DNA of 64,000 nucleotides from an uncultured bacterium (GTDB lineage Bacteria; Patescibacteriota; Minisyncoccia; UBA6257; 2-01-FULL-56-20): NCBI GenBank assembly GCA_963844965.1, contig CAWJQC010000008.1, positions 1 to 64,000 of the forward strand, read 5' to 3'. Shown piece by piece: positions 56,016 to 64,000 of this stretch (position 1 is its first letter; each line of letters starts with the position of its first letter). The notes under the pieces were generated by a model. It saw only the letters and a program-made list of their open reading frames with translations, ran no database searches and was not told where the DNA came from. The position numbers and the translations under genes were made by a program.

Positions 56016-56879
56016 TTAATTAAAAGACGACACCATCTTTTTTATTCCTTCGCTTATGCCGACCTTCGGACGCCAGCCAATTTCCCGCCCGATCCTTGAA
56101 ATATCGGCGTAAAAACCGGCGGGCTTCCCGGCGGATCCAGTCAAATCCGCGCCATAAATAAGCTTCGCCACCCTGCGCACCGGCGTGAGTTTTCCCGAAC
56201 CAATATTATATAGATCGCTCTGATTCTTTTTATGCTTCTCCAGTATCAGGCGCAGGGCGCGGGCCACGTCTTCCACGTAAATGAAATCATTCGCGCTGTC
56301 GGGACTTTTGAGTTTGGGGACGGCGCCGTTTCGCATGCCGGTCACAAGATGGGGAATCAGCGAGGTCGGTTTTTGCCCCGGACCATAGACGTAAAAAAAT
56401 CTCGTCCAGACGAACTCCAGGCCGTTTTCTTCGGCAAATTCCCTGCCGAGACAATGCAGAGCCGTCTTCGCCGCGGAAAAAGCGCTCGTGATGCGGAGCG
56501 GCGCGTCTTCCTTCACCGCCCCATTCACCGTGCCGTATTCCCAACAACTTCCAGCCATAACGATTTTCTTGCAGCCCGCATATTTCGCGAGACGCAGGAC
56601 GTCCAAGCCGTAAGATAAATTTTTTGCGCTCATCTCAAAACCGTAATCTGGTATCCCCTCCCAGGCGAGATGGAGAATTGCGTCCGGCTTGAAACGTCTT
56701 ACGGAATTTTTCCATTTTTCTATACCGGAAAGATCGCCGCGCAAAATGGCGATGCCCCTTGCGGGATAACCCTCGGCCCTGCGCTGCACAAGTAAAAGCA
56801 ATTTATGCCCACGCTTTTGCAATTCACGGACCGTAGGTCTGCCGATAAATCCCGTGCCTCCGGTGACGAAAATTCTCAT
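56016..56879 (-). CDS. SDR-family NAD-dependent epimerase/dehydratase (short form).
   Basis: VTGGTGFIG, a YxxxK-like motif (AAKTA), 287 aa. Confidence 0.7.
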   Translation of the reverse strand: MRIFVTGGTGFIGRPTVRELQKRGHKLLLLVQRRAEGYPARGIAILRGDLSGIEKWKNSVRRFKPDAILHLAWEGIPDYGFEMSAKNLSYGLDVLRLAKYAGCKKIVMAGSCWEYGTVNGAVKEDAPLRITSAFSAAKTALHCLGREFAEENGLEFVWTRFFYVYGPGQKPTSLIPHLVTGMRNGAVPKLKSPDSANDFIYVEDVARALRLILEKHKKNQSDLYNIGSGKLTPVRRVAKLIYGADLTGSAGKPAGFYADISRIGREIGWRPKVGISEGIKKMVSSFN

Positions 56880-56901
56880 CTTTTGCTTTTAATTATACTC
56901 T

Positions 56902-58077
56902 TCACCGTCTCGAGAGATCTCCGTCGGATTTCATAAGCACCGTACGGCAGCCGGCCGCTGCGCCGGCCTCCCCGTCGCGCGGATCGTCTCCGACGAAAGC
57001 GGCGCGGGGCAGATCGATCTGATAATCAACGGCTGCGCGGATGAACATGCCCGGCTTCGGCTTCCTGCAAAAACATCCTTCGTCGGCCCGATGAGGACAA
57101 TGATATATGCCATTAATGGAAATGCCGTGCTCCTTCAGTTCGCGTTCCATCTCCTTGTGGATATTGAACACATCCACATCGGTCATCAGGCCGCGTCCGA
57201 CCCCGGCCTGATTGGAAATAATGTATATCTCGTAGTTATGTTTCTTGAGAAGAGCGAGTGCATCGAAAACGGTAGGAAGGAATTTGAATTCCTTCCAGTT
57301 CTTTACGTAATCGCCGACCGGCTGGCGCTTATTTATCACGCCGTCGCGATCGAGGAAAATGACCTTGCGGCGCGGGTCGAGGAATCTTTCTGCCAAAGGG
57401 AGGCGCTCTGCAGACCCGATGCTGTAATAAGGCGTGTCGGTGACGAAAGCCGCAAGTTTGCCGTCCTTGATCAGGCGAGGCAACATAACTTCTTCAAGCC
57501 AGAAATTCTCCGCCGGCATTGAGTCTATCACCGACTTTTCAAAAATAAAAAAACCGGTATCTACTCCGTTCAGGCCCAGCGCTTCGCGTTTACGATCATA
57601 TGCCATTATGAAACCGTCCTCGGCAAGAACGTTGTTCCTGGTTGTGCCATATCTGTTGGTGTACACTGTCATCGTGGCAAGAGCTTTTTTCTCGGCATGA
57701 AAAGCCGCGAGTTTCGCAAGGTCAAAATGAAGATAATTGTCGCAGTAGAGCAAAAGGAAACGCTCGTCCAAGAGTGCTTTAGCGTTGCGAAGACGCGTGC
57801 CTGTCAAGTGGTCTACCGGACCAGTAGAATACTCAACCGCAACGCCGAACCTCGAGCCGTCACCAACGTACGCTTTTACTTTTTCATGCAAATATCCGGT
57901 GAGAAGCGCAATCTTTTTGATACCGTTCTTTTTAAGAAGATCGAGAAGATAACCCATGAACGGGCGGCCGTCCACCGGCACCAATATTTTCGGAGTGTCG
58001 TAAGTATATGGCCGCATCCGAAGACCTATGCCGCCGGCCAAAATTACCGCTTGTGTTACCGATTTTTCCTCAGCCAT
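56902..58077 (-). CDS. Bifunctional sugar-1-phosphate nucleotidyltransferase / D,D-heptose 1,7-bisphosphate phosphatase (HddC-GmhB-like fusion).
   Basis: N-terminus AVILAGGIGLRMRPYT. C-terminal HAD domain FLDRDGVIN...ISNQ...CxC...RKPKPGM...GDD, which is the GmhB pattern. Confidence 0.8.
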   Translation of the reverse strand: MAEEKSVTQAVILAGGIGLRMRPYTYDTPKILVPVDGRPFMGYLLDLLKKNGIKKIALLTGYLHEKVKAYVGDGSRFGVAVEYSTGPVDHLTGTRLRNAKALLDERFLLLYCDNYLHFDLAKLAAFHAEKKALATMTVYTNRYGTTRNNVLAEDGFIMAYDRKREALGLNGVDTGFFIFEKSVIDSMPAENFWLEEVMLPRLIKDGKLAAFVTDTPYYSIGSAERLPLAERFLDPRRKVIFLDRDGVINKRQPVGDYVKNWKEFKFLPTVFDALALLKKHNYEIYIISNQAGVGRGLMTDVDVFNIHKEMERELKEHGISINGIYHCPHRADEGCFCRKPKPGMFIRAAVDYQIDLPRAAFVGDDPRDGEAGAAAGCRTVLMKSDGDLSRR

Positions 58078-59105
58078 CTTAATCTTGCGTCTACCTTTTT
58101 GTTTTCCTTAAGATATTTGATTTGCGCCAAACGGTTGCACGTCCGCCCGCGGAATTGTTCTTCGGTAAAATCTGCTTTCTTGAACAATTCCACAAGTTCG
58201 CGGCCTCCCCGAGCCAAATCCCATTCCGGCTTATAGTAATCCCCGAGCACGGTAAGGATTTTTTTAAAACTCACGCGGTAAGTGCGCGCATCTTTGCCGT
58301 GCTCGCCGGTAAAAATAAGCTCACTGCCCGGCACGGCGCGCTGGGCTGCCAGCGCCAAATCCCTAACGGTGAAATTGCCGCCGGGAATTCCAATATTGAA
58401 AGACTCGCAGTTCACGAGAGGAGCCGGCGCTTCAAGCGCAGCGATAAAAGCGGCCGAAACATCGCGGACATGGACCACGGGCCGCCAAGGCGTGCCATCG
58501 CTTTTTACTTCAATTTTCCCCGTCGTGTAGGCCGAAGCCACCAAATTGTTGAAAACGATGTCGCAACGCAGGTTTGGGCTCGCGCCGAAAACGGTTGACG
58601 GTCTCATGCAGACGACGATAAAATCGCCGCCGCACATTTTTCTAAGTTCGCATTCGGCATCCCATTTCGTCCTGGCGTACGCCGTGACGCCATAAGGCCC
58701 CGCTTCGTCTTCCGTAAGTTCGCGGCTCGTATCGGCAACGCCATACATGCTCTGCGACGAAGCATAGACAAACCTCTTCACGCCTGCGGCTTTTGCGGCG
58801 TTCGCAACCCTCATAGTGCCCTCGAAATTTATTTCCTCGGTAAGCGATGGGTTAAATTCGCCCAAGGGATCGTTAGAAAGCGCCGCAAGATGAACTACTC
58901 CGTCAATCCCCTTGAAATCTTCCGGGGATGCATCACGAACGTCCTTTTTTATCTGGCGCTTCGGCCGCTCCACTTCGTAAAGCCCGGTGTCTTCGTAAAA
59001 ACCAGTATCATAACCGACGACCTCGTATCCTTTTCCCATCAGAACTTCGGCAAGCACCGAGCCGATGTAGCCCAAATTCCCGGTCACTAAAATTTTCTTA
59101 TCCAT
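58056..59105 (-). CDS. SDR-family NAD-dependent sugar epimerase/reductase.
   Basis: VTGNLGYIGS, YARTK. Paralog of 54933-56015. Confidence 0.75.
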   Translation of the reverse strand: MDKKILVTGNLGYIGSVLAEVLMGKGYEVVGYDTGFYEDTGLYEVERPKRQIKKDVRDASPEDFKGIDGVVHLAALSNDPLGEFNPSLTEEINFEGTMRVANAAKAAGVKRFVYASSQSMYGVADTSRELTEDEAGPYGVTAYARTKWDAECELRKMCGGDFIVVCMRPSTVFGASPNLRCDIVFNNLVASAYTTGKIEVKSDGTPWRPVVHVRDVSAAFIAALEAPAPLVNCESFNIGIPGGNFTVRDLALAAQRAVPGSELIFTGEHGKDARTYRVSFKKILTVLGDYYKPEWDLARGGRELVELFKKADFTEEQFRGRTCNRLAQIKYLKENKKVDARLRWLRKNR

Positions 59106-59164
59106 ACCAATAAATAATAGATGAAAGTATTGTACCGTAAATCGTTTTATCCATCAATTGCTTT

Positions 59165-60055
59165 CTAATCAATAGCTTCTAACCACTCGACGGGCGTTTT
59201 CATATCAAGTCCCATGTGCGGCCGTTCGGTATTGTAGTAGTGAAGAAAATCGGGAATCTCCTTGCGCCACGCGGCAAGAGTGTTAGGGATACGTCGTAAA
59301 CAGTCCCGCTGAAGCGTTTGGATGAACCGTTCCACATGGCTGTTATCTGTTGGCGTCCGTACGCGCGAGTGGCGATGTGAAAATCCCTGATGCTCGATGA
59401 CCTTGGTAAACCATTTTGAAAACTCCCCGCCACGGTCGGATTGGATTGTGACGAAAGGAAACGGAGCTGCCGCTTGCGCTTGCTGGACGAACCGTGCGCT
59501 TAAGCGGCTTGAGACCTGGGCGGCTGGCCATGCCCACGCCCAACGGGAACATACGTCGATCAAGGCGTACGCATGGAGGTGGTCCATGGCAATACCTTCT
59601 TGCATTGAATCGATCTCAACCAATATGCCTGGCTTTGTGGGCATGGGACGCGGAAGATACTGGTGCCACTTCTTCCATTTTGAATATCGCGTGATACCGT
59701 GGCGTTTGAGTGTACGCTTCACGGACAAAAGGCTAACGGCAATCTTTTCCTCTTCTAGCCGGTGATGGACGATCTCCGCGCATTGGTCCCGTTCGCTGCG
59801 AAGTGCAAGGATGCGGCCAATGACCGCTCGGTCGAGTTCGCGTGGATGATGGTGCGGCCGCGATGAAAGCGTCGGGATGACAAGATGACCGCCTTCGCCA
59901 TATTCCGTGCCCCGCTTCACCCATAACCGGACCGTACAATGGCTGAACCCATACTTCCGAGCGGCCTTGCGGATACTCCACCCGGACTGCGTGAGCGCGA
60001 CTGCTTCCGCCCGTACCCGGGGCAGATGGGGATTCTTGGTGTATGCCATGTACAT
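59165..60055 (-). CDS. IS481-family DDE transposase (rve integrase core).
   Basis: N-terminal HTH and DDE core (IQSDRGGEF ... HSRVRTPTDNSHVERF). Local GC is about 60%. Confidence 0.8.
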   Translation of the reverse strand: MYMAYTKNPHLPRVRAEAVALTQSGWSIRKAARKYGFSHCTVRLWVKRGTEYGEGGHLVIPTLSSRPHHHPRELDRAVIGRILALRSERDQCAEIVHHRLEEEKIAVSLLSVKRTLKRHGITRYSKWKKWHQYLPRPMPTKPGILVEIDSMQEGIAMDHLHAYALIDVCSRWAWAWPAAQVSSRLSARFVQQAQAAAPFPFVTIQSDRGGEFSKWFTKVIEHQGFSHRHSRVRTPTDNSHVERFIQTLQRDCLRRIPNTLAAWRKEIPDFLHYYNTERPHMGLDMKTPVEWLEAID

Positions 60056-60091
60056 AGCTTTGCAAATTCTTGGGTGGTTACAAGCTATTGA
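59169..60091 (-). mobile_element. IS481-family insertion sequence. The boundaries are approximate.
   Basis: Imperfect terminal inverted repeats tcaatagcttctaaccactcga (59169-59190) and tgggtggttacaagctattga (60071-60091), matching 18/21. Confidence 0.5.
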
Positions 60092-60105
60092 ACCACGACA
60101 TCAAT

Positions 60106-60134
60106 TTGACATTCAAAAGAAAATAGTTTATACT
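60106..60134 (+). promoter_or_regulatory. Consensus sigma70-type promoter, TTGACA-17-TATACT, immediately outside the right end of the IS. It drives the NUDIX gene.
   Basis: ttTTGACAttcaaaagaaaatagttTATACTttc, followed by a GAGGA RBS and a TTG start. Confidence 0.55.
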
Positions 60135-60173
60135 TTCAGCAGTTCTGGACAATTATTCACGCGAGGATTTGCC

Positions 60174-60956
60174 TTGAGATACGAGAAGAACGAACGCATA
60201 TTGCTCTATAACGAATTGAAGGATGTGACGTGGGAAGAAGGGAAGCATGTACGGCTGGCTGTCTTGCTGTACCGCCATGCGATCGTGATAGCTTGTTCTA
60301 ACCGCGGGCGGCAAAAGGCGGAGTTCGCGAACGGAGAATTCCCTTATTTCGCATATATAGAGACCGTGAACCAGAAACGCGAATGGTCCGGCCGCGGCAA
60401 CAATATTGTGCCGGTCTTGCCAGACGGACGTCTGCTTATGGTCATAGAGGAACGTCCCCCGCACGAGCGCTATCCCGAGAGAGTTAGCAAGGTTAGGCTC
60501 TCAAACGGAAATATTATTACTCTCGGAACCATGAAATCGCTGGAATTTCCAGGCGGCGGCATTGAACCGGGAGAAAAAATAACGCTTGGGATTTTACGCG
60601 AGCTCGAAGAGGAAACCGAAATTCCCGATCAGAGAGTGCTGCTCTACCGAAGAGTGCACCCCATCATAACCTTCGGTTCCGATGTCGCTTCCGCCAATTT
60701 CCAAGCGGTGGTCTACCTCTCCAACCTCCGTTTTGAAAAATGGGCGGAGAACGACGGAGGCCTCCGCGTGGTAGCCCTGACTCCAAGAGAAACGGAATAC
60801 AACGTGGAAACCGGTGCCATCTCAAGCGGCCAGGCAGCCATACACGGCTGGCAGTTCTATAAAGAAGTCGTTGAAGCGAGAGCAAAGCCAGCCGTTATGC
60901 AGCGCCTGATAGACCGCGGCTACTTGTCCATGGAAGAAGTTGAGCTGTGTAAATAA
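60174..60956 (+). CDS. NUDIX hydrolase.
   Basis: Nudix box GGGIEPGEKITLGILRELEEETEI. There is no in-frame ATG near the 5' end. The likely start is TTG 60174-60176, 7 nt after GAGGA. Confidence 0.7.
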   Translation: MRYEKNERILLYNELKDVTWEEGKHVRLAVLLYRHAIVIACSNRGRQKAEFANGEFPYFAYIETVNQKREWSGRGNNIVPVLPDGRLLMVIEERPPHERYPERVSKVRLSNGNIITLGTMKSLEFPGGGIEPGEKITLGILRELEEETEIPDQRVLLYRRVHPIITFGSDVASANFQAVVYLSNLRFEKWAENDGGLRVVALTPRETEYNVETGAISSGQAAIHGWQFYKEVVEARAKPAVMQRLIDRGYLSMEEVELCK

Positions 60957-60966
60957 CGGCGCCGTC

Positions 60967-61018
60967 GGCGCGCGGGAGATCCTTCGGAATCGCACCACCC
61001 GCGCGCTTTTTTTATTTT
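60967..61018. terminator. Strong intrinsic terminator between the convergent NUDIX and DUF218 genes.
   Basis: ggcgcgcggg...cccgcgcgc 9-bp GC stem followed by TTTTTTTATTTT. Confidence 0.75.
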
Positions 61019-61692
61019 CGCCGTGCGTCTCTTTTGTCCAGATACTTAAGCACCTCCTCCCCCGAAATCAAATCTCCTTTTTTGTAGTATCTTTCCATCT
61101 TCTCAAACTCTTCAGTTAAAAGCTCGCTGCGCGTTCCTTTTTGAATCCCCTGCGAGTGAATAATATGCTCCTCCCATCTCTGCGACATGCCGACAAAGTT
61201 GTATGCCAGAACACGCGCTTTTTCGCGAATAAGTGCCGTTACTGTCGTCACGAAGGCGCGTAACTGATGAAGCGGCGGGGCAACGATATATAAAGTTCTC
61301 CATTTACTTTTCTTCGCGTAACGCACGATTCCCCATGCCTCCGCGTGTGTGCTCGGCGGAAAATCAGAAGAAATCTGTACACCGACTATCTTCCTCTCGG
61401 GAATACCGAGCTTGACGAGTTTCTTCTTCCAGTTCCCGAATCCCGGATACCCATAACCTTTCTTCGCTCCACAGATGGCAATGCGCTTCACCCGCCCAAG
61501 TCTCCAGGCAAGCAATGCGGCCGCGAGGACCGAGGACTCGTTGTCCGCGGTTTCCCCGAAAAGATAGGCGGCATCTGCTGCGCGCGCCGGCGAGGTGTCA
61601 CAGAGAACACGCGTCACCAACTCGTCGAGCTCGAAATACGTGGAGCGAACGCCAGTCGCAGTTCTCATTCCTCCTTCTTTTCGATAACTCAA
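61012..61692 (-). CDS. DUF218 (YdcF/ElyC/SanA-like) domain protein.
   Basis: ICGAKKGYGYPG...HAEAWGIVRYA pattern, typical of DUF218. Confidence 0.55.
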   Translation of the reverse strand: MSYRKEGGMRTATGVRSTYFELDELVTRVLCDTSPARAADAAYLFGETADNESSVLAAALLAWRLGRVKRIAICGAKKGYGYPGFGNWKKKLVKLGIPERKIVGVQISSDFPPSTHAEAWGIVRYAKKSKWRTLYIVAPPLHQLRAFVTTVTALIREKARVLAYNFVGMSQRWEEHIIHSQGIQKGTRSELLTEEFEKMERYYKKGDLISGEEVLKYLDKRDARRK

Positions 61693-61704
61693 GCATTTTG
61701 TCGC

Positions 61705-62262
61705 TCAGACTTCCACGGACGGCAAGTTCTTCGGCTCAACAAGCGGCCAGTTCGCGTCTTTATCTGAAATCACCGCCGGCACCTTGAACGGCCACTCCAT
61801 TTTGAAATAGGAGTCGTTCCAACGTATGCCGTGTTCGTGCTCCGGTGAATACGTCTCGCTCACAAAATATTGCAGTTCGGAGTTGTCTTCCAGAACCTGT
61901 ATGCCACTAGCGCAGCCCTTCGGGCACAAAACCATGTTCTTTTTTTCCGGTCGGAGCTCCACCGAAATCCATTGGCCGTAAGTCGGAGAATTCCTGCGGA
62001 TGTCAAGCGCTACGTAATAAAATCCTCCACGCAAGCACTGGAGAATCTTGTCTTCCGCCTTTGGCACCTGCTGGTAGTGCATTCCCCGCGTCGTGCCTTT
62101 TGTTTTATTGAAGGAACGGTTGATGTGCACGATGTTGTAGTCAATACCTTGTTTGGCAAATTCCTCTTTGGCGAAATTCCGCACGAAAAATCCGCGCTTG
62201 TCAGCCTTCGGTTCAAGTTCAATCACCCACACGCCCCTTAGTTTTGTTTCTTTGAAAATCAT
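61705..62262 (-). CDS. dTDP-4-dehydrorhamnose 3,5-epimerase-like cupin (RmlC family).
   Basis: RGMHYQ, KILQCLRG, DIRRNSPTYGQW, YSPEHEHGIRWND. Confidence 0.8.
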   Translation of the reverse strand: MIFKETKLRGVWVIELEPKADKRGFFVRNFAKEEFAKQGIDYNIVHINRSFNKTKGTTRGMHYQQVPKAEDKILQCLRGGFYYVALDIRRNSPTYGQWISVELRPEKKNMVLCPKGCASGIQVLEDNSELQYFVSETYSPEHEHGIRWNDSYFKMEWPFKVPAVISDKDANWPLVEPKNLPSVEV

Positions 62263-62284
62263 GATTTGAACAACTTATTTGCCT

Positions 62285-63514
62285 TCATTTTAACACACGT
62301 GGTTCGTTTGGAAGCGGAATTATGTAGGAACCCCTGAAGTGATGCTTATTTTTGAGCATGTTTATAATCTCGTCCGCGAAATTCCAGGCAAGAATGAACA
62401 CTGTTTCGGGATTGCGACTCATTCCCGCCTCGGCGTTTTCAATCCGGATGTGCGTACCGGCGGTATAACGCCCCTGTTTCAGGGGGTTTAAGTCGATGAT
62501 TGCAGGCAAAATCCTGGAATCGATGCCGCAAAAGTTCAACATCGTCGAGCTACGGGCGGAAGCGCCCCAGCCCACAAGCTTGCTCGGGTTGACGGCTCTC
62601 AAGATCGAAAGAAGTTTTTCGCGATGCGCGAACGAACGTCTGGCGAAATTTTCCCAGCTTTCCAGTCGGTTGACGCCGCTTTTTTCTTCTTCGCTGCGAT
62701 ACCGCGAAACCGCGGCCGCCTGCCCGGTCTTGCGCTTCCTCGCGTAAGTAACAATCCCTCCGCCGCTTATCAGACTCGGCGCAATATCAAAGACGTAGAG
62801 GCCATGGTCGGCAAGCAGTCTCTCCAGGCTGGCAAGCGTGAAATAGCAAAGATGTTCGTGGTAAATCGAATCATAATGAAGCTTCTCCAAAATTATCCGC
62901 CCGTAGTGCGTTTCGATCGCGAGCACGCCACCGTCCGCAAGCGCCTCCCGGAGGCCGTCGACAAAATCGTGTGTGTTAGCGACGTGAGGGAGCACGTTCC
63001 GCGCAAAAACCATTTTCGCCCGGCCCTTCTCTTTGACAATCTCCCGCGCCGCTTGAATTCCAAAAAACAGGCATTTCGTGGGAACTCCTGCCATCTCAGC
63101 CATATCGGCGATGTTCTTGGCAGGATCGACTCCCAACACTTCGTATCCGTCGCGTATAAAAGGCCGCAGGAAAGTGCCGTCGTTGGAGGCGATTTCCAAG
63201 ACATAACCACCCTTGCCGCCTTTCCCGCCTTCAGCCCGGGCGACAAGTTCCTTATAAAACTTTTCCGCAAAATCATTGGCCGCCTTCGACGTCCCAGTCA
63301 CCCAAACGTAGTTGGAGAACAATACTTTCGGATCAACGGTATAACCCAACTGAACCAGGCCGCAGTCCGCGCAAAAATACAGGGCAAGCGGATAGAATAT
63401 TTCCTTCTCGGTCGGGCTCGGCGGCAAGGAGTTCGCAAGCGGCTGTTGCCCCAGATCAAAAAATGGCTTAATACTTGAACTCCGGCACACCCGACACGAG
63501 GTAATATTTTCCAT
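62285..63514 (-). CDS. NDP-sugar C-methyltransferase-like protein (N-terminal Zn-ribbon + class I SAM MT + C-terminal MT domain).
   Basis: CRVCRS...CADCG zinc ribbon, LEIASNDGTFL SAM motif, C-terminal GWGASARSSTMLNFCGI domain. Confidence 0.7.
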   Translation of the reverse strand: MENITSCRVCRSSSIKPFFDLGQQPLANSLPPSPTEKEIFYPLALYFCADCGLVQLGYTVDPKVLFSNYVWVTGTSKAANDFAEKFYKELVARAEGGKGGKGGYVLEIASNDGTFLRPFIRDGYEVLGVDPAKNIADMAEMAGVPTKCLFFGIQAAREIVKEKGRAKMVFARNVLPHVANTHDFVDGLREALADGGVLAIETHYGRIILEKLHYDSIYHEHLCYFTLASLERLLADHGLYVFDIAPSLISGGGIVTYARKRKTGQAAAVSRYRSEEEKSGVNRLESWENFARRSFAHREKLLSILRAVNPSKLVGWGASARSSTMLNFCGIDSRILPAIIDLNPLKQGRYTAGTHIRIENAEAGMSRNPETVFILAWNFADEIINMLKNKHHFRGSYIIPLPNEPRVLK

Positions 63515-63586
63515 CTCTTTAGAGTAATCTCAAAAAGCGTGAAAGGCAAACCGTACATGGCTTGGCTGGTGGGAGCGATGCCAATC

Positions 63587-64000
63587 TCAATCGTTTATGA
63601 TTTTAAATTCGGGCAGAGGAACGATGAACTTGCCTCCGCGCGCGAAAAATTCTTTCTCTCTTTCCCGGAATTCGTTCAGAAAGTGCCAAGGAAGTACCAG
63701 AAAATACTCCGGCTTCGCTTTGCGCGCCTCCTCCTCGGAAATTATCGGGATCATCGTGCCCACCGTATATTTTCCCCATTTGTCCGGATTTCTGTCGGCG
63801 GCCGCAGTTATCAGATCGCTGTCCAAACCAAAGTATTGCAAAAGCGTATTTCCCTTCGTGGAAGCTCCGTAAGCGTGCACTTTCCTGCCGGCGCGCACTT
63901 CCCGCCCGATGAAATCGCATACCTTGCTTTTGATATCTTTGACGCGCCGCACGAAATCTTCGTAAACCTTCTCGCCGCTCAATCCCATGTCCTTTTCGCT
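63587..64000 (-). CDS. C-terminal part of a second C-methyltransferase-family protein. The N-terminus is beyond the window end.
   Basis: KVHAYGASTKGNTLLQYFGLDSDLITAAADRNPDKWGKYTVGTMIPI matches the Methyltransf_14-type C-terminal domain. The frame is open to the window edge. Confidence 0.6.
   Translation of the reverse strand, partial: SEKDMGLSGEKVYEDFVRRVKDIKSKVCDFIGREVRAGRKVHAYGASTKGNTLLQYFGLDSDLITAAADRNPDKWGKYTVGTMIPIISEEEARKAKPEYFLVLPWHFLNEFREREKEFFARGGKFIVPLPEFKIIND

Overview
This ~64 kb window comes from a mid-GC bacterial genome. The divergent GroEL/ClpB, giant PG-binding surface protein, DUF5989 and GxxExxY genes hint at a Patescibacteria/CPR-like or otherwise poorly sampled lineage, but that is tentative. 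Standard genetic code is inferred. It has three parts. (1) 1-3.2 kb holds the 5' part of a giant secreted repeat surface protein with a structured 5' UTR; its C-terminus lies beyond the window start. (2) 3.7-20.5 kb is a housekeeping/stress block: winged-helix regulator, beta-lactamase-like hydrolase, galU, clpB, htrA, cysteine desulfurase, thyX, groES-groEL, trxB-grx and a DsbA-like protein. (3) 20.7-64 kb is a very large surface-glycan biosynthesis island. It contains about nine glycosyltransferases (GT2, GT4, GT9-CgeB fusion, CgeB-like). It also has two Wzx flippases and a WbaP-like priming transferase. Complete GDP-D,D-heptose (gmhA, hddA, hddC, hddC-gmhB fusion) and ADP-heptose (hldA, hldC, hldD) pathways are present, together with a split transketolase. 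It encodes many SDR epimerases/reductases, an RmlC-like cupin and a WbuC cupin. Methyltransferases include FkbM x2, TylF-like, CmcI-like and C-methyltransferases x2. A carbamoyltransferase + DUF5989 + SxtJ-like module and an SGNH hydrolase are also present. Two IS elements interrupt the island: an IS200-like tnpA and an IS481-family transposase. Three things stand out. First, at least nine genes are split by frameshifts: clpB, cysteine desulfurase, wbaP, wzx (x2), GT9-CgeB (x2), a TylF-like methyltransferase and a CmcI-like methyltransferase. One split sits at a G10 homopolymer inside the TylF-like methyltransferase, a candidate phase-variation switch; a G9 tract lies in-frame in a CgeB-like glycosyltransferase. 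Second, a family of imperfect palindromic MITE/REP-like repeats occupies intergenic spaces between 16.4 and 24.9 kb, several with a CCTGCCGGCAGG core. Third, a consensus promoter plus intrinsic terminator with no ORF lies between the cysteine desulfurase and htrA (candidate sRNA), and there are several unusually long perfect hairpins. No rRNA, tRNA or CRISPR array was seen.
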